Shown piece by piece: positions 28,671-43,936 of a DNA stretch of 64,000 bases. How positions within the stretch are numbered: the stretch's first letter is position 1; the number at the start of each line of letters is the position of its first letter. The notes under the pieces were generated by a model. That model was not told where the DNA came from, did no database searches, and worked only from the letters and a program-made list of their open reading frames with translations. A program made the translations under genes and the position numbers. The stretch spans positions 11,284,001-11,348,000 of the forward strand of contig OX597827.1 in the NCBI GenBank assembly GCA_951406725.2, written 5' to 3'. The stretch is from Octopus vulgaris (lineage: Eukaryota).

Positions 28671-29051
28671 TATATACATATATATTTGTAGGTTTGTTCT
28701 TTTGAGGGAGAAGGTTGGAGATGTTCTCTAATGTGATGTGGGATTTCCATGTTCTACTTTTTTCTAGAGAATCAGATAGGATTGGAAAATGTATCCTAGA
28801 TTAAGTCCTTGTTTCTCAAGATTGTTTTTTTTTCTGTGATTGTGTGTGTGTATGTCTGTTATTGTCTCTTTTTTTTTTTTCTAAATACTTTTTTTTTGTT
28901 TTCTTTTTGTCACAAATTGTTTAGGTATGTGTTTGTGTGTGTGTGTGTGTGAATGCATTGTAAGTGACAGTTGTCAGAAACAGGTGCTGCAGCAGCAAAA
29001 TATATGTATGTGTGTATGTACAAACATTCATATACATAAATGCATACATAC

Positions 29052-29105
<54 letters not shown>

Positions 29106-29260
29106 ATGTATATATATAAGGAGGGAGATACACACACATATATATAAATATATATATACACACATTTACATATATATATATTTATATATATGTGTGTGTA
29201 TCTCCCTCCTTATATATATACATACATATATATATATGTATATATATATATATATGTATG

Positions 29261-29305
<45 letters not shown>

Positions 29306-29624
29306 ATCTATGTATGTATGTATGTATGTATGTATGTATGTATGTATATATATATATATATATATATAAATATATATATATGGTCAATAATATTAATATA
29401 AGTTTATATATACATATAATATATATATAGATGGATACATTGATAGAATTGATTATTTATCTATTTATATATTTCTGTTCTGTACTCTGCAGTCCTGTAT
29501 ATCAGACCATCCTTGGAGGCTTCCAGAAGCACAAAAATAGTGTGGGAGATGTGGGTTCAGGCTTTTCACCCAACCCTTCTCCATTTCTTTCATTTCCTTC
29601 AAATGGTGAAATGCAGGCTCTAAC

Positions 29625-29662
<38 letters not shown>

Positions 29663-30187
29663 AGTAGGAAAGAGGGAGAGAGATAGGAATAGGAGAGTGG
29701 GAGAGAACATATGAGAGAGAGATTGGAGAAGAAAACTGGGACAGAGCATAAGAGAGAGAGAGAGAGAGAGCAGAGATGAGGAGGGAAGGGAGTAAGAGAG
29801 AGACGGGTTGGAAAAAGGGAAGAGAGTATATAAGAGTATGAGAAAGAGAGAGAGAGAGAGAGAGAGAAGAGAGAGGTAAGGAAATAGAGAGAAGGAAATA
29901 GGTTGGAGATTCTATTTTCGTCTGATTAGTATTAGCATTTGTTGAATTGATCCATTGTGGACAGACAAAAGCAAAGATTTCCAGAACAGGATTTGATCTC
30001 AGAGTGCAGCTAGCCAGAATATATATATGTATATACCATAAAGCTTTCTATCCAACGACTGTGCCAGTTTGCTGCCCTATAAAATGCATGCATACTTATA
30101 TAGAAACACACACATATGTCTATATAATGTATATTCATATCTAAATATATGTGTGTGTGCATATATATATATGTATATAAATATATA

Positions 30188-30395
30188 CTTTATTTAAAGC
30201 AGTAGAAAATTCAACAAAACCTGTTACTCTGAGTTTCACGTTCCCGTTTGTCGGACAGTTTTTGCTAGAACGGGAACGTGAAACTCAGAGTAATAGGTTT
30301 TGTGGAATTTTCTGCTGCTTTAAATAAAGCATATTACTCTACCCCTGGTATTTGAGTACTCTTTTTTCCACCTTGTTTCACATTTATGTGTTTAC
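30188..30395. mobile_element. Fold-back element in TA tract carrying a decayed hammerhead (minus strand, 30221-30258)
   Basis: ~61-bp arms at 30188-30248 and 30269-30329; CUGU-CCGACAA-ACG-GGAA-CGU-GAAA-CUCAGAG-UA-ACAG; same family as 37961-38105 and 40885-40953. Confidence 0.75.
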
Positions 30396-31080
30396 ACAGA
30401 TATATATATATATATATATATATATGCTCGCACACACATACACCTATATATGCATGTATATGCATATATGTTTTATCTTTTGCCTTTTAATTGTTTTGAC
30501 CATGAGACTGTGGCCATGCTGGGGCACTGCCATGAAGAATTTTGGTCAAACAAATCAACACCAGTACTTAATTTTTTTAAAGTCCAGTATTTATTCTATC
30601 GACCATTCCCCCCCAAATCACTGAGTCACAGGGATATAAACAGCCCACAAGTTGTCAAGGGGTGGGTTAGTGGGGTAGACAAACGCAGACGCTCACACAC
30701 ATACATACACATACACACTCACACACAAATTGTTTCACTAAAACCCATGACAGTAGTGCTCCAGCATGGCCACAGTCCAATGACTGAAACAAGTAAAAGA
30801 ATAAAGATATATGTGTGAGTGTGTGTGAGTGTATGTGTGTGTGTGTGTGTGTGTGTAGCTAGCTAGCTAGATAGATAGATAGATAGATACATACATACAT
30901 ACATACATACATAAATTGCAATGTAAAATATCAAATATGCATATGTATGTTATAGCACATATATATATATATATATATACACAGACGCACACATATATAT
31001 ATACACACACAAACACACACACACATATACACATATATGTATATGAATACAACTGATAACTATTGTGATAAAGAAGTTAC

Positions 31081-31259
31081 CAGGCTTGCCAAACTCATTT
31101 GTGTTTTCCCCTCTCTGTCTCAAATTAGGCATTGATATATATGTTTTTACGGAACATTTCACACTTATAATATGCTTGTCTGCATCTTCCGAATGATTTC
31201 AGCAGCTTAGCTGTGATTTCTTCTCTTATTATTTTATAGAGTAAACTATCTTGATGTAT
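31081..31259 (-). other. Candidate exon of an unidentified minus-strand transcript
   Basis: Acceptor ttaattttcatAG and donor CTG|gtaact around non-repetitive sequence; no homology recognised. Confidence 0.3.
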
Positions 31260-31424
31260 CTATGAAAATTAACATTAAAAAAGTACAAACAGCTATGGCA
31301 AAATTTCAAAGGTTCCAGTGCTATTTTTTACATTCTTATCATTTTTTCAATTTACAGATATATTTGGATGTTGTATATATGTCGATTTGTCAATCAACAT
31401 ATAATCAACATACTATCATGTGTA

Positions 31425-32421
31425 ACACACACACTCGTGGTCTTCGTCGATAACGTCGTATGCTACTCAGACTTACTCCCCGCCGACCGAGCGGCCACAC
31501 TTGTGCTCCATACTGAGAACTCGCCGCTTCGTGCCTCATCGATAACACACGGACACACACACTCGTGGTCTTCGTTGATAACGTCGTATACTACTCCGAC
31601 TTACTCCCCACTGACCGACCGGCCACACTCATGCTTGATACCCAGAACTCGCACCAGAACTCGCCCCAGAACTCGCCCCAGAACTCGCTGCTTTGTGCCT
31701 CGTCGATAACACACGGACACACAAACTCGTGGTTTTCGTCGATAACATTGTATATTACTCAGACTTACTCCCCGCCGACCGACCGGCCACACTTGTGCTC
31801 GATACCGAGAACTCGCCCCAGAACTCGCTGCTTTGTGCCTCGTCGATAACACACGGACACACACACTCGTGGTTTTCGTCGATAACGTATATTACTCAGG
31901 CTTACTCCCCGCCGACCGACCGGCCGCACTCGTGCTTGATACCGAGAACTCGCCCCAAAACACGCCGTTTCGTGCCTCATCGATAACACACGGACACACA
32001 CACTCGTGGTCTTCGTTGATAACGTTGTATACTACTCAGACTTACTCCCCGCCGACCGACCGGCCGCACTCATGCTCAATATTGAGAACTCGCTCCAGAA
32101 CTCACCCCAGAACTCGCCGCTTCATGCCTCATCGATAACACATGGACACACACACTCATGGTCTTCGTCGATAACATCGTATACAACTCAGACTTACTCC
32201 CCGCCAACCGACCGACTGGCCGCACTCGTGCTCGATACCGAGAACTCACCCCAGAACTCGCCACTTCGTGCCTCATCGATAGCACACGGACACACACACT
32301 CATGGTCTTCGTCGATAACGTCGTATACTACTCAGACTTACTCCCCACCATCAGACCGGCCGCACTCGTGCTCAATACCGAGAACTCGCCCCAGAACTTG
32401 CCGCTTCGTGCCTCGTCGATG
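31425..32421. repeat. CpG-rich tandem array, 7 units of ~128-164 bp
   Basis: Anchor actc(g/a)tggt at 31433, 31561, 31725, 31865, 32002, 32154, 32298; variable copy number of the 12-bp subrepeat cagaactcgccc. Confidence 0.95.
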
Positions 32422-32690
32422 ACAATGAATAAAATAGCCAGGGGTGAATGGAATTTGACAGAAACTATGTTTCAAATAACTGCAGTGAAATTGAGTCAGT
32501 GTCCAAATCACAGCAATGCAATGTAAACATTTTTATACTCCAATTATAAAATGAAATTTCTATTTAAACATTTTCAATTCCTGTGTGTTTTGAAATCATC
32601 AAAATGAAGCTGCCACAATGTACATGATACACACACACACACATACACACACACACACATGCACGTACACACACATACACACATATACGT

Positions 32691-32719
<29 letters not shown>

Positions 32720-32721
<2 letters not shown>

Positions 32722-33576
32722 GGGTGCAGTGAATATATTGTCGTCTAAATTATGCAGACATGAAAATAACACTAACGTCTCATTTTAAGAGATATCTTCA
32801 CTAAAATTGCATTAAAATATCTTGAAATACTAAAGGGTAAATTTATTCAATAATATTACCATTGGCTTCAACCACAGCCCCCAGACAATTTTGGAATCAC
32901 CTGCAATCTCCTTGATGGTCTCCTAGTTTAAGTCGGTGAATTCTGACAAAATCCTTGCCTTCACTTCAGTTTTGTTGATCTCTCACTTAACTGCGCCTCA
33001 CACATAATAATCAAAGGGGTTGCAGTCTGGGGTGTTAGGTGGCCAGATGTTAAGGGTGATGTGGTTGAAGAAATTGTCTGACAGCCATGACTGAGTTTTC
33101 CTGCTCTTTTGGCATGGCACAGAGTCCTGTTGCCAGACATAGGGTCTTCTACTAGCCACCCTCTTGACTCAGAGCAGCAATTCTTCTTCTAGATACTTGA
33201 TGTAGGCCTCTGAGTTGAGTGTGAGGCCGAGTGGAAAGATGAATAGAGGCATAGCATCGTCATCACTAATGATCACTCCACTTGGCTGGATATTTGCTTT
33301 TTATCATTCTCGGTACATGTCCTCAGATTGCATGGCCCTCAGATTGACACCCAAACACTCTGAAATGTTCGTATTGGAGCTTCTGGAATGAATGCTAAGC
33401 AGTACAGCATGTCGTTTCCAAATTCCTGGCAGAGAGAATTGCATCATGGTGCTGTTTTCCTCACAGTTGGTGCCCAACTGACCCTACTATACTATGTCAT
33501 CAACAAAATCAAAATCAAACAATGCACATGCTCAAAATTAAAAATATAAAATAGTGACAATTTACCCATAGTACCC

Positions 33577-33578
<2 letters not shown>
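32720..33578 (-). mobile_element. Decayed Tc1/mariner DD37D (maT) transposon
   Basis: Minus strand RRPYVWQQDSVPCQKSRKTQSWLSDNFFNHITLNIWPPNTPDCNPFDYYV has 37 residues between the last two Asp; stops elsewhere; degenerate TIRs cagggtgcagtgaatatattgtc / gacaatttacccatagtacccta. Confidence 0.85.
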
Positions 33579-33646
<68 letters not shown>

Positions 33647-33695
33647 ATGTAAGTGTGTATGAATATATATTTATATAAATATATATATATATATG

Positions 33696-33758
<63 letters not shown>

Positions 33759-34433
33759 TCAATGCTAGTGGTCAATAAGCCTAAAACTTGGGCAGGAAGG
33801 TTCACATGAATTCAACAGGTATATAAAAAATATAACAAATATATTCATTTTAATTCTTAGTAATGAGACTGTGAATGTCTGGAAATGTTATATATGAATT
33901 TCAAAACTCTTCTATAGAAAAAAAACAACAACTGTAAAAGCTAATAAGGAAATATGAGAAATGTAAAACTAACAAAATAAAACTAGAACATAGTCATGTA
34001 TTTAACAAAACAAACATATACCACATATACATATATGATGGTAGTCTATTGTAGTCCAAGAAAGATGGTTCTGCAATCTCTTGCCAAACAACCTGCACAA
34101 ATGATTTGCTTTATAGTGATCAAGTGTTAGTGCTGTACATTAGTTTACACCTTTTATCAAAGTGATGTTACCTGAACAGGTACACAGTGCACCATTCATC
34201 AGTTGGGGTAGTGATCACAGAACATGAAATGATATTTTTTGCTCAAGAACAAAATGCACAACCTGTTTCAAGAACTCTCATCATGATATGGTTATTGTAA
34301 GTACAAGAAGTAAATCAGTATGGCAAGCACCCTCATAGATATGTCTATCTATATATATGTGTGTGTGTGTGTATATGTCTACATATTTATAAATCTATAT
34401 CTGTATAACATATGGTATAATTATATACAGGCT

Positions 34434-34841
34434 AGGCGCAGGAGTGGCTGTGTGGTAAGTAGCTTGCTAACCAATCACATGGTTCCGGGTTCAGTCCCAC
34501 TGCGTGGCATCTTGGGCAAGTGTCTTCTGCTATAGCCCCAGGTCGACCAATGCCTTGTGAGTGGATTTGGTAGACGGAAACTGAAAGAAGCCTGACGTAT
34601 ATATGTATATATATGTGTGTGTTTGTGTGTCTGTGTTTGTCCCCCTAGCATTGCTTGACAACCGATGCTGGTGTGTTTACGTCCCCGTCACTTAACGGTT
34701 CGGCAAAAGAGACCGATAGAATAAGTACTGGGCTTACAAAGAATAAGTCCCGGGGTCGATTTGCTCGACTAAAGGCGATGCTCCAGCATGGCCACAGTCA
34801 AAGGACTAAAACAAGTAAAAGAGTAAAAGAGTAAAAAGAGT
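34434..34841 (+). mobile_element. SINE family A, full length
   Basis: Head to tail match; same subfamily as the copies at 1966 and 7313. Confidence 0.9.
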
Positions 34842-34885
34842 AGGCTAAATTTTAGCCATTTTTCTGCTGACTGGAAAGAAATGAG

Positions 34886-34937
34886 GAACAATTTTAATTG
34901 ATTTTCGAACCTTATTGAGTTCTCATCAGAAGCGTTC
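34886..34937 (-). ncRNA. Hammerhead ribozyme motif, intact core, weak stem I
   Basis: GAACGCUU-CUGAUGA-GAACU-CAAUAA-GGUUC-GAAA-A-UCAA-U-UA^-AAAUUGUUC. Confidence 0.6.
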
Positions 34938-35053
34938 ACACCATTCTGACAGTCTCCAGAAAAACAACCAGCCAAACTGTTTATATACTCAATAAATGGA
35001 TCAGTTCCTCTATGAAGGTGTCCCTAATTTGCATACCAAAAGTGTATAACACT

Positions 35054-35054
<1 letters not shown>

Positions 35055-35121
<67 letters not shown>

Positions 35122-35136
35122 TGTGTATGTGTGTGT

Positions 35137-35193
<57 letters not shown>

Positions 35194-35226
35194 TGTATAT
35201 GTGTGTGTGTATGTGTGTGTGTATGT

Positions 35227-35286
<60 letters not shown>

Positions 35287-35302
35287 GTATGTGTGTATGT
35301 GT

Positions 35303-35394
<92 letters not shown>

Positions 35395-35447
35395 GTGTGT
35401 GTATGTGTGTGCATGTGTGTGTGTATGTGTGTGTGCGTGTGTGTGTA
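35055..35447. repeat. Long (TG)n microsatellite
   Basis: Direct inspection. Confidence 0.98.
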
Positions 35448-36283
35448 AATTCATGGAGAATCAGCTACTTTAGAAATTATAAGTCATAGAAACCTGAGTG
35501 TCTGAGTTGCCTGTATATCACATAGTGCTGATATTGTACCATCTACATATTTTTTTCTGTTTCATTTGCTCTTTTTTTTAATGTTTTTTTCTGCTTGTAA
35601 AAACCTATGTTGCTGAATCACAACAGGCTTCCAAAACTAAACTTTCTTATGATGTTTAGTAAGATTGAAACACAACTGTTAAATCAAAAAAACCTTGCTT
35701 GATAACCAAGATCAAATTTTCTCCCCTAAAGTTGAAAATTCAATAACACATGAAATAAATATCTAAACTGTTTGTGATTCCATATCATTTTGTTGGGGCC
35801 AAAAATTAATTCAAGGTTTTTGTATTGTTTCCCTGACTAAATGGCATATTCCGATTCTCTGAAGATATATCACATGCGTCTATTTAATCCAATCACTGTA
35901 CAAAATGATACAAAAGTAAGACCAAAAGTTGGCATTGGCACCATGGTATCTTCTTCATGTAAATCATAGTCTTACTGTCAATCTTCTTAGATGAAAATCA
36001 AGACCTTATTGTATGCATAACATACAGCTGTAAGCAGTGGGAGCACATTATAAATAATGAGTGTTTTGTGAGCCTGTAGTACTCTGAGTTCAACATTCCA
36101 AATCTTTTCTTTTGTTTCTTACTCATCTCAATCATTGAATTGTGGCCATACTGGGGCACCACCTTGAAAAATTTAGGGCTTGTGAGTTGGACCCAACAAG
36201 GATAATGAGAAGAGAGAGAGAGAGAGATAAAGGAAGAATGTCTGAATGAAGGGGGCATCAGCATGGCCAGTTCCAAAGTGTAA

Positions 36284-36337
<54 letters not shown>

Positions 36338-36553
36338 CAGCAGCAGCAGCAGCAGCAGCACCAACATCCCAAATCTGGAGAGCAATATTTTATTGTGAAC
36401 TTAACACAAACTTGTAGAATGTCAATAACTGTTTGAGGGTGGGGGTCAGTTCTGGAATGTTTTCTAGTGTGAAGAGAAATCCCCATGATTCAACTGTGAT
36501 ACTAACTGTTATGCATGTGCTCCAATGAGAAGTGATCCTTGTCTCATCATATG

Positions 36554-36596
<43 letters not shown>

Positions 36597-36830
36597 TTTA
36601 TTCCATTATTTGTCTTAGTCGTTAAACTGTGGCCATGCTGGGGCACAACCTTAAATAATTTTTAGTTGGATGAGTCAATTCCAGCACTTACATTGTTTTG
36701 AAGACAGGTTCTTATTCTATCGGTCTCTTATGCTGAACCACTAGGTTATGAGGACATAAACACACCAATACTGTATGATGGTGGTGGTGGTGGTGGACAA
36801 ACACAGGGCCAAAGACACACATGTGCACAT

Positions 36831-36881
<51 letters not shown>

Positions 36882-37005
36882 CATACATATATATATATAC
36901 ATATATATATATACATATATATATATATACATACATATATATATATATATACATATATGTACATATATATATATGTATATATATATATATCATATATTAT
37001 TTTAT

Positions 37006-37057
<52 letters not shown>

Positions 37058-37494
37058 ATATATATATCTATACACACACACACGCACACAGATATATATA
37101 CACACACATAATATATACATATCCATAAGCCTATATGTACATATTCACCATTATCTCTCCAAATTTACAATTGTTATATCCAACCCAGAGGTAAACAAAC
37201 TGATCAATTGGTCAGTGGCTAAGCTCTGCATACAAAGAAAACAAAACAGTGATTGTGACTTGTTCTCACAGCTATAAACCAGTTACATGTAGCTTTGTGC
37301 ACAAGTCTACAAACATGTGGGGGAATTTTTAACATGCTATTTCTGTCTCAGTCAGTAATTGAGCTCCCTTGTAAGTTTGTATGCAGAAGAATATGAAATA
37401 CATGTGCATGAATAAAGTAATTTTCACCTCAAATATTCATGTACACATACAAGAATATGTCCGCCGCATGTGATATCTATATATCTATAGCTAA

Positions 37495-37586
<92 letters not shown>

Positions 37587-37667
37587 GAGACAGACAGATA
37601 GATAGATTGATAGATAGATACATACATATATGTATATATTACATTACACCAAAACATTAACATTACA

Positions 37668-37912
37668 CCAAAACACATTAAAACAGAAACTGACCCTATA
37701 GGGTTCAAGAAGTCTTTGGACAGATTCCTCCAAGAAATCCCGGATAAACCCCCTACACCCGGATATGTCTCTGTAAACAATAACTCTCTACTTGAGTGGG
37801 CCATAGTGCCCAAATTCTGACTTGAAAGACTTCACCAGGTGGTGCTATTAAGTTAGACATGGCCTGGGCCAATAATGGCCGAAACCTATCAAAGTAAGTA
37901 TCAAAGTAAGTA
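37668..37912 (+). mobile_element. CR1-group-like LINE 3' end
   Basis: [50 protein letters not shown] (FK..LD.FL..IPD.P motif), short UTR with stem-loop and (tcaaagtaagta) tail. Confidence 0.8.
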
Positions 37913-37929
37913 TATATACATATGTATAT

Positions 37930-38242
<313 letters not shown>

Positions 38243-38399
38243 CATACATATATATATATATAGATAGATAGATAGATAGATAGAGAGATACATAGATAGA
38301 TAGAGAGTATATGTGCATGTGTGTACATACATGTATGTATGTATATATGTATATGCAGAGGTACATATATATATACATATATATATAAATATCTATAGG

Positions 38400-38437
<38 letters not shown>

Positions 38438-38495
38438 CGTTTAAATATTTGTTTAAATATTTGGCTAAACTGGCAATATGACCATTCCGAAATAT

Positions 38496-38541
<46 letters not shown>

Positions 38542-38938
38542 TATATAATGTAGATACACACGCACACACACACACATATATATATATATATAGATAGATA
38601 GATAGATATATACAGAGTGAGAGAGTGATGTATGCATGTATATAAGTATGTACGAATAAGTATATATACAGAAAGAGAGAGCGAGAAGGAGGAGAAATAG
38701 AGGGAGAGAGAGCTAAGTAGATGGATATACATTATTTTGAGTTCTGCAACAAGGACTATTTTTCTAAACATTAACAGTTGGGAGCACTATTTATATATAT
38801 GATATACACATATACACAAACACCACATATCTACATGTGTGAGTAGAATATCTAAGCTTAAGTACGTTATGCTTGTATGTGTACCTTTGCTCACAATTCA
38901 CATTTACAAATGCCCATAAATTCAAGTCAATCACTTAC

Positions 38939-38974
38939 ACTTGGCTGTACATTGAGATAGGTATATGCTCCCAT
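38939..38974 (-). other. Candidate coding end of a first exon (MGAYTYLNVQPS, phase 0)
   Basis: ATG and 12 codons ending at a consensus gtaagtga donor within unique sequence. Confidence 0.3.
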
Positions 38975-39302
38975 AAAAATATTATACAGCAACTTACTGC
39001 AAGTTCCTCAAAAGTTCCCAGGGAGTTGTAAACAGTAGAGTTAAGTTTCAATTTCAAGTGTTAACTTCGGTAAGAGATAAATCATCGGAAAGGTTCAAAC
39101 ACTTGTAGTATTTCAAGATTATCTTGTCCAAAATGGAAACGCAGGGAATTTGCAAGAAACCAAATCTCAAGAGTAGATTGCAACGCACAAAACTTCAACT
39201 GGTAGTTGAATACATTATCAAAACTTTGCATTTTATCACTACAGCAATTGTTCTTATCCAACTCTCCAAATTTCTCCCCCCCCCTCTCTCTCTCTCTCCC
39301 TC

Positions 39303-39351
<49 letters not shown>

Positions 39352-39535
39352 TTCTCTTTCCATCTCTCTTTGTATGGGGATACACACACACACACACAAG
39401 CGTGCATAAATTTCTTTAAATAGATATATATATATATTTCTATTTTCAGCTATACATAGAGGGCATGTATGGAGAACTATACATATATGCATATATACAT
39501 ATCTATCTATCAATCTATCTATCCATCAATCTATC

Positions 39536-39574
<39 letters not shown>

Positions 39575-39746
39575 ATATATATATATGTATATATATATGT
39601 GTATGTATATATGTATGTATATATATATAGATAGATAGATAGACACATAGATATATATCAATATATGTATACATATGTAGGTATACATGTATATACATAC
39701 ATACATTTATATATATATATATGTAAGAATATATATATAAATATAA

Positions 39747-39793
<47 letters not shown>

Positions 39794-40105
39794 TGTGTGT
39801 GTGTATGGATATATATGTGTGTACCTGTGTTTATTTATATATACTATATATACATGCATTATAACATATTTAAACATATGCATATATGTGTATGTGTACA
39901 CACAAACTTATTTCTATGTGTGATGTCCATATTTTTATTTTAGTATCCTAGAGTACAAAATCAATAATTTTATTTACATCAATGTGTATTTTAATGTTTT
40001 TCTATAATCATATATGTACTTTCATACATGCCTATATAACCACATACATTTACAAACATACAAACATATATATATATACATATATGTATATATATATATG
40101 TATCA

Positions 40106-40170
<65 letters not shown>

Positions 40171-40241
40171 ACACATATCTATATACATATATACACATAT
40201 ATATACATATATATATATATACATACATATATATATAGATA

Positions 40242-40283
<42 letters not shown>

Positions 40284-40380
40284 TATATATATACTTGTAT
40301 ATGTGCATACATAATTAAATACATGCTTACATAAACATCTATCTATCATTATATATATAAATACATATATATGTATATAA

Positions 40381-40517
<137 letters not shown>

Positions 40518-40576
40518 GCTACAATGAGTTATGCAAGAATATTTGCCAGAATACAATAAAATATTATTGACCATAC

Positions 40577-40620
40577 CAATTCAAATTATACCATTTCTTG
40601 ATAATTTACATCCATTGATT
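40577..40620 (-). other. Candidate small internal exon
   Basis: Acceptor tttgtctttcAG; donors gtatgg (40576) or gtataa (40591, giving MDVNYQEM in phase 0). Confidence 0.3.
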
Positions 40621-40800
40621 CTGAAAGACAAACACCATTCTTGCATATAAAAATTCATTTTCAGTTTTGGAGTTATTGATATCACACAAAATTTATATCA
40701 ATATACACAGAAAGAGAGACGTATTTATACCCAAACGCACATGCATATACAAACCTACATACGTACCTACCTACGTACACACACACAAACATAAATGCAT

Positions 40801-40880
<80 letters not shown>

Positions 40881-40953
40881 CTTTATTTACTCTACTACTG
40901 GTATTTGAGTACTCTTATTTCCACCTTGTTTCACATCTATGTGTTTACTCCGG

Positions 40954-41027
<74 letters not shown>

Positions 41028-41038
41028 TATATACATAC

Positions 41039-41092
<54 letters not shown>

Positions 41093-41127
41093 GTATATAT
41101 ATATGTATATATATGTGTGTATGTATC

Positions 41128-41159
<32 letters not shown>

Positions 41160-42668
41160 TATATAATGAGAGAGAGAGAGAGAGGGTGGGGGAAAGTAGA
41201 CGTCTACTTTTATATATACAAGACACATAAATGCTGGTACTTAATACACATATATGTCTTTAGATGTATAGAAACATACATACACACATGTACACACATA
41301 CACACGCACATTTATGCGTGTTTGAGTGCGTGTGTATAAGGAGAAAGATAGACAAAAAGAGTAAGAGAGAGAGAGAGAGTACGTACACACATCCATACAC
41401 ACAGTTACTGACACATACATACATACATACATACATACATACATACATACATACATACATACATACATACATACACACATACATACATACATACATACAT
41501 ACATACATACATACATACATACATACATACATACATACATACATACATACATACATACATACATACATACATACATACATACATACATACATACATACAT
41601 ACACGCATCTAAACTTAGGTATCGTGCACACGTAGAAACATTTACGATTAAAAAATTTTAAGTCAATATACGAACGAAGTTCATATTCTTTTATGAAAAA
41701 GGGCAAAGCATATATATATATATACATTTCCACACACACACACATCTTCTATCTTTTACTTGTTTGAATCACTGCATTCCTCCCATCCTGGGGCACCGCC
41801 TTTAAGTGTTTACATATATACATGTCTATTTATTTATTACTGGTGAAGGCCGGTTTGTGCGTGCTCGTGTGTGTAAACTTGCATACACATACGTTTGAAA
41901 TGATACACTTTATCCGTACGTGCAACACACATACATAAACATTTGTAGCAATTAATAATTACAAATTAATAATTACAAATCAATTGTTGATCAAATTTCA
42001 CTCGATTTTTTTTTTTTTTTTTGCGAAAGGCGAATAAAAAAAAAGCGAAATAGAAATAAAGAAGAAACAGCAAAAAAATACAAAAGAAATTTGAGAAATT
42101 CAGATACAAGTTTGAAGTTATCGCACATAAATAGTTATATTCATATGCAGTAAGCTCTCAACACGTATATTGCCATAAAAGAAGAAAGAAAAAAAACCAA
42201 CTTATCACTAACTTATGCAACGACGCTTCTTATAGCTTATAGCAAATTAAGTCAAGATAATGAATATAAAACTTATAATTACGACGATGAAGCTTAAGTA
42301 ACCGGTTCTACTTTCACTTTCATATTTACATGTGAAATGCCGGAGTGACTTTTTTGTAATGTAAGTTTCTTTTTCTATAAATGTTAGCAGCCGAAAATCC
42401 TGTCACTGCTGTGTTGATTCTCTTCTCTCATAACTCTGAGTGTGCTGAAAAAAAACCTGTTTTCTTTTTTTACCCATTTTTACTAAAAGTCTTTAGTATA
42501 TACTTTATATATATATGTACGTATGTACATGCGCGCACACGTATATTATATGTGCTTATATGTATGTACGTGTATATATGTATTTTTTATTATTTTTAAT
42601 TAATTTTTTTAATTGGTAGAAGTTATAGAAGTGACTCGAGGGCCTGGAGTTTCCTCTGTGACACTTAC

Positions 42669-42770
42669 CGAAACTGGTCAGTTTGATAAAAGCTGTGGAC
42701 GAAACTTTCAGCCTTTGATTCACTTTCGTAACTAACGCCGATTTTACAACAAAATACCTCATAAATATAC
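42669..42770 (-). promoter_or_regulatory. Candidate core promoter and short first exon
   Basis: TATA-like tatattta ~30 nt upstream of Inr-like TTAGTT (42735-42730); donor TCG|gtaagt; CpG-retaining surroundings. Confidence 0.4.
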
Positions 42771-42863
42771 ACATACTCATATATTAAATTCCATTTAATT
42801 TGTTTGTACTATCAAACACATAATTATACACACGTGTGTCTATATATATACACACATATACAT

Positions 42864-42918
<55 letters not shown>

Positions 42919-42934
42919 CAAACCAACTTTCTTA

Positions 42935-42967
<33 letters not shown>

Positions 42968-43161
42968 TCACACACACACCACGCATGTATCTATACATAT
43001 ATGAATACATGTGTATATGTACACATAGATGTATATATGTTTATATATGTGGTTATACGTGTGTGTGTGTGTATATATATATGTGTGTGTTTTTATACGT
43101 GTGTGTGTGTGTGTGTGTGAATACTTGAAAGAGTTTGCAAAAGAAGTAGAATTCTTCTTAC

Positions 43162-43219
43162 CTGTGTTCTCTTTATAGAAATAAGGTGTTCCTCACTAAA
43201 GACTTCCACGATCAACTGA
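43162..43219 (-). promoter_or_regulatory. Candidate initiator and short first exon
   Basis: Inr TCAGTT (43219-43214) followed ~56 nt later by the donor CAG|gtaaga. Confidence 0.4.
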
Positions 43220-43350
43220 CAGTCTTTTAGTTTATGTGAGGAATATTCGCTTCCAATCACTTACTCTCTCGCCTTCCTTTGTCCCCCTCCTTCGTTCTGT
43301 CTATTGAACAGTAATATCACTCGCTGTTCCTCTCTTTCCTGGCACCAGTT

Positions 43351-43381
<31 letters not shown>

Positions 43382-43589
43382 GTTTATATCCACTCTCATT
43401 GTCGCTCTCCTTCTTCTCTCTTTCTGTCTATCTGTCTATTAATCTATCGATGTGTCTTTTCTTTCAACGTTTTTTGTTAGTTTTTTATGGGTCTGTGTAC
43501 AAATGTTATTCTTCTTGTTTTACGAAGTGTATGAGATTGTGTTAGTTTATTTTGTCATGTGGATGTGTGTGTTTGAATGTGTAGCCTTA

Positions 43590-43634
<45 letters not shown>

Positions 43635-43647
43635 CTCTATCTATCTC

Positions 43648-43728
<81 letters not shown>

Positions 43729-43755
43729 ACATAGATAGATGGATATATATATAGA

Positions 43756-43823
<68 letters not shown>

Positions 43824-43827
43824 TATC

Positions 43828-43936
<109 letters not shown>

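Noticed and set aside
29465-29630. MLEPAFHHLKEMKEMEKGW... as a coding exon
   Set aside because: No donor or acceptor support on that strand and no recognisable family
31425-32421. Array as CRISPR, repetitive protein, spliced-leader or hammerhead array
   Set aside because: No unique spacers, unit lengths break the frame, no Sm site, and only one unit has gatgag...gaaac, without a usable stem II or cleavage triplet
37850-37885. ggcc-aataat-ggcc-gaaac as a hammerhead
   Set aside because: It lacks CUGANGA and is better explained as the LINE 3' stem-loop
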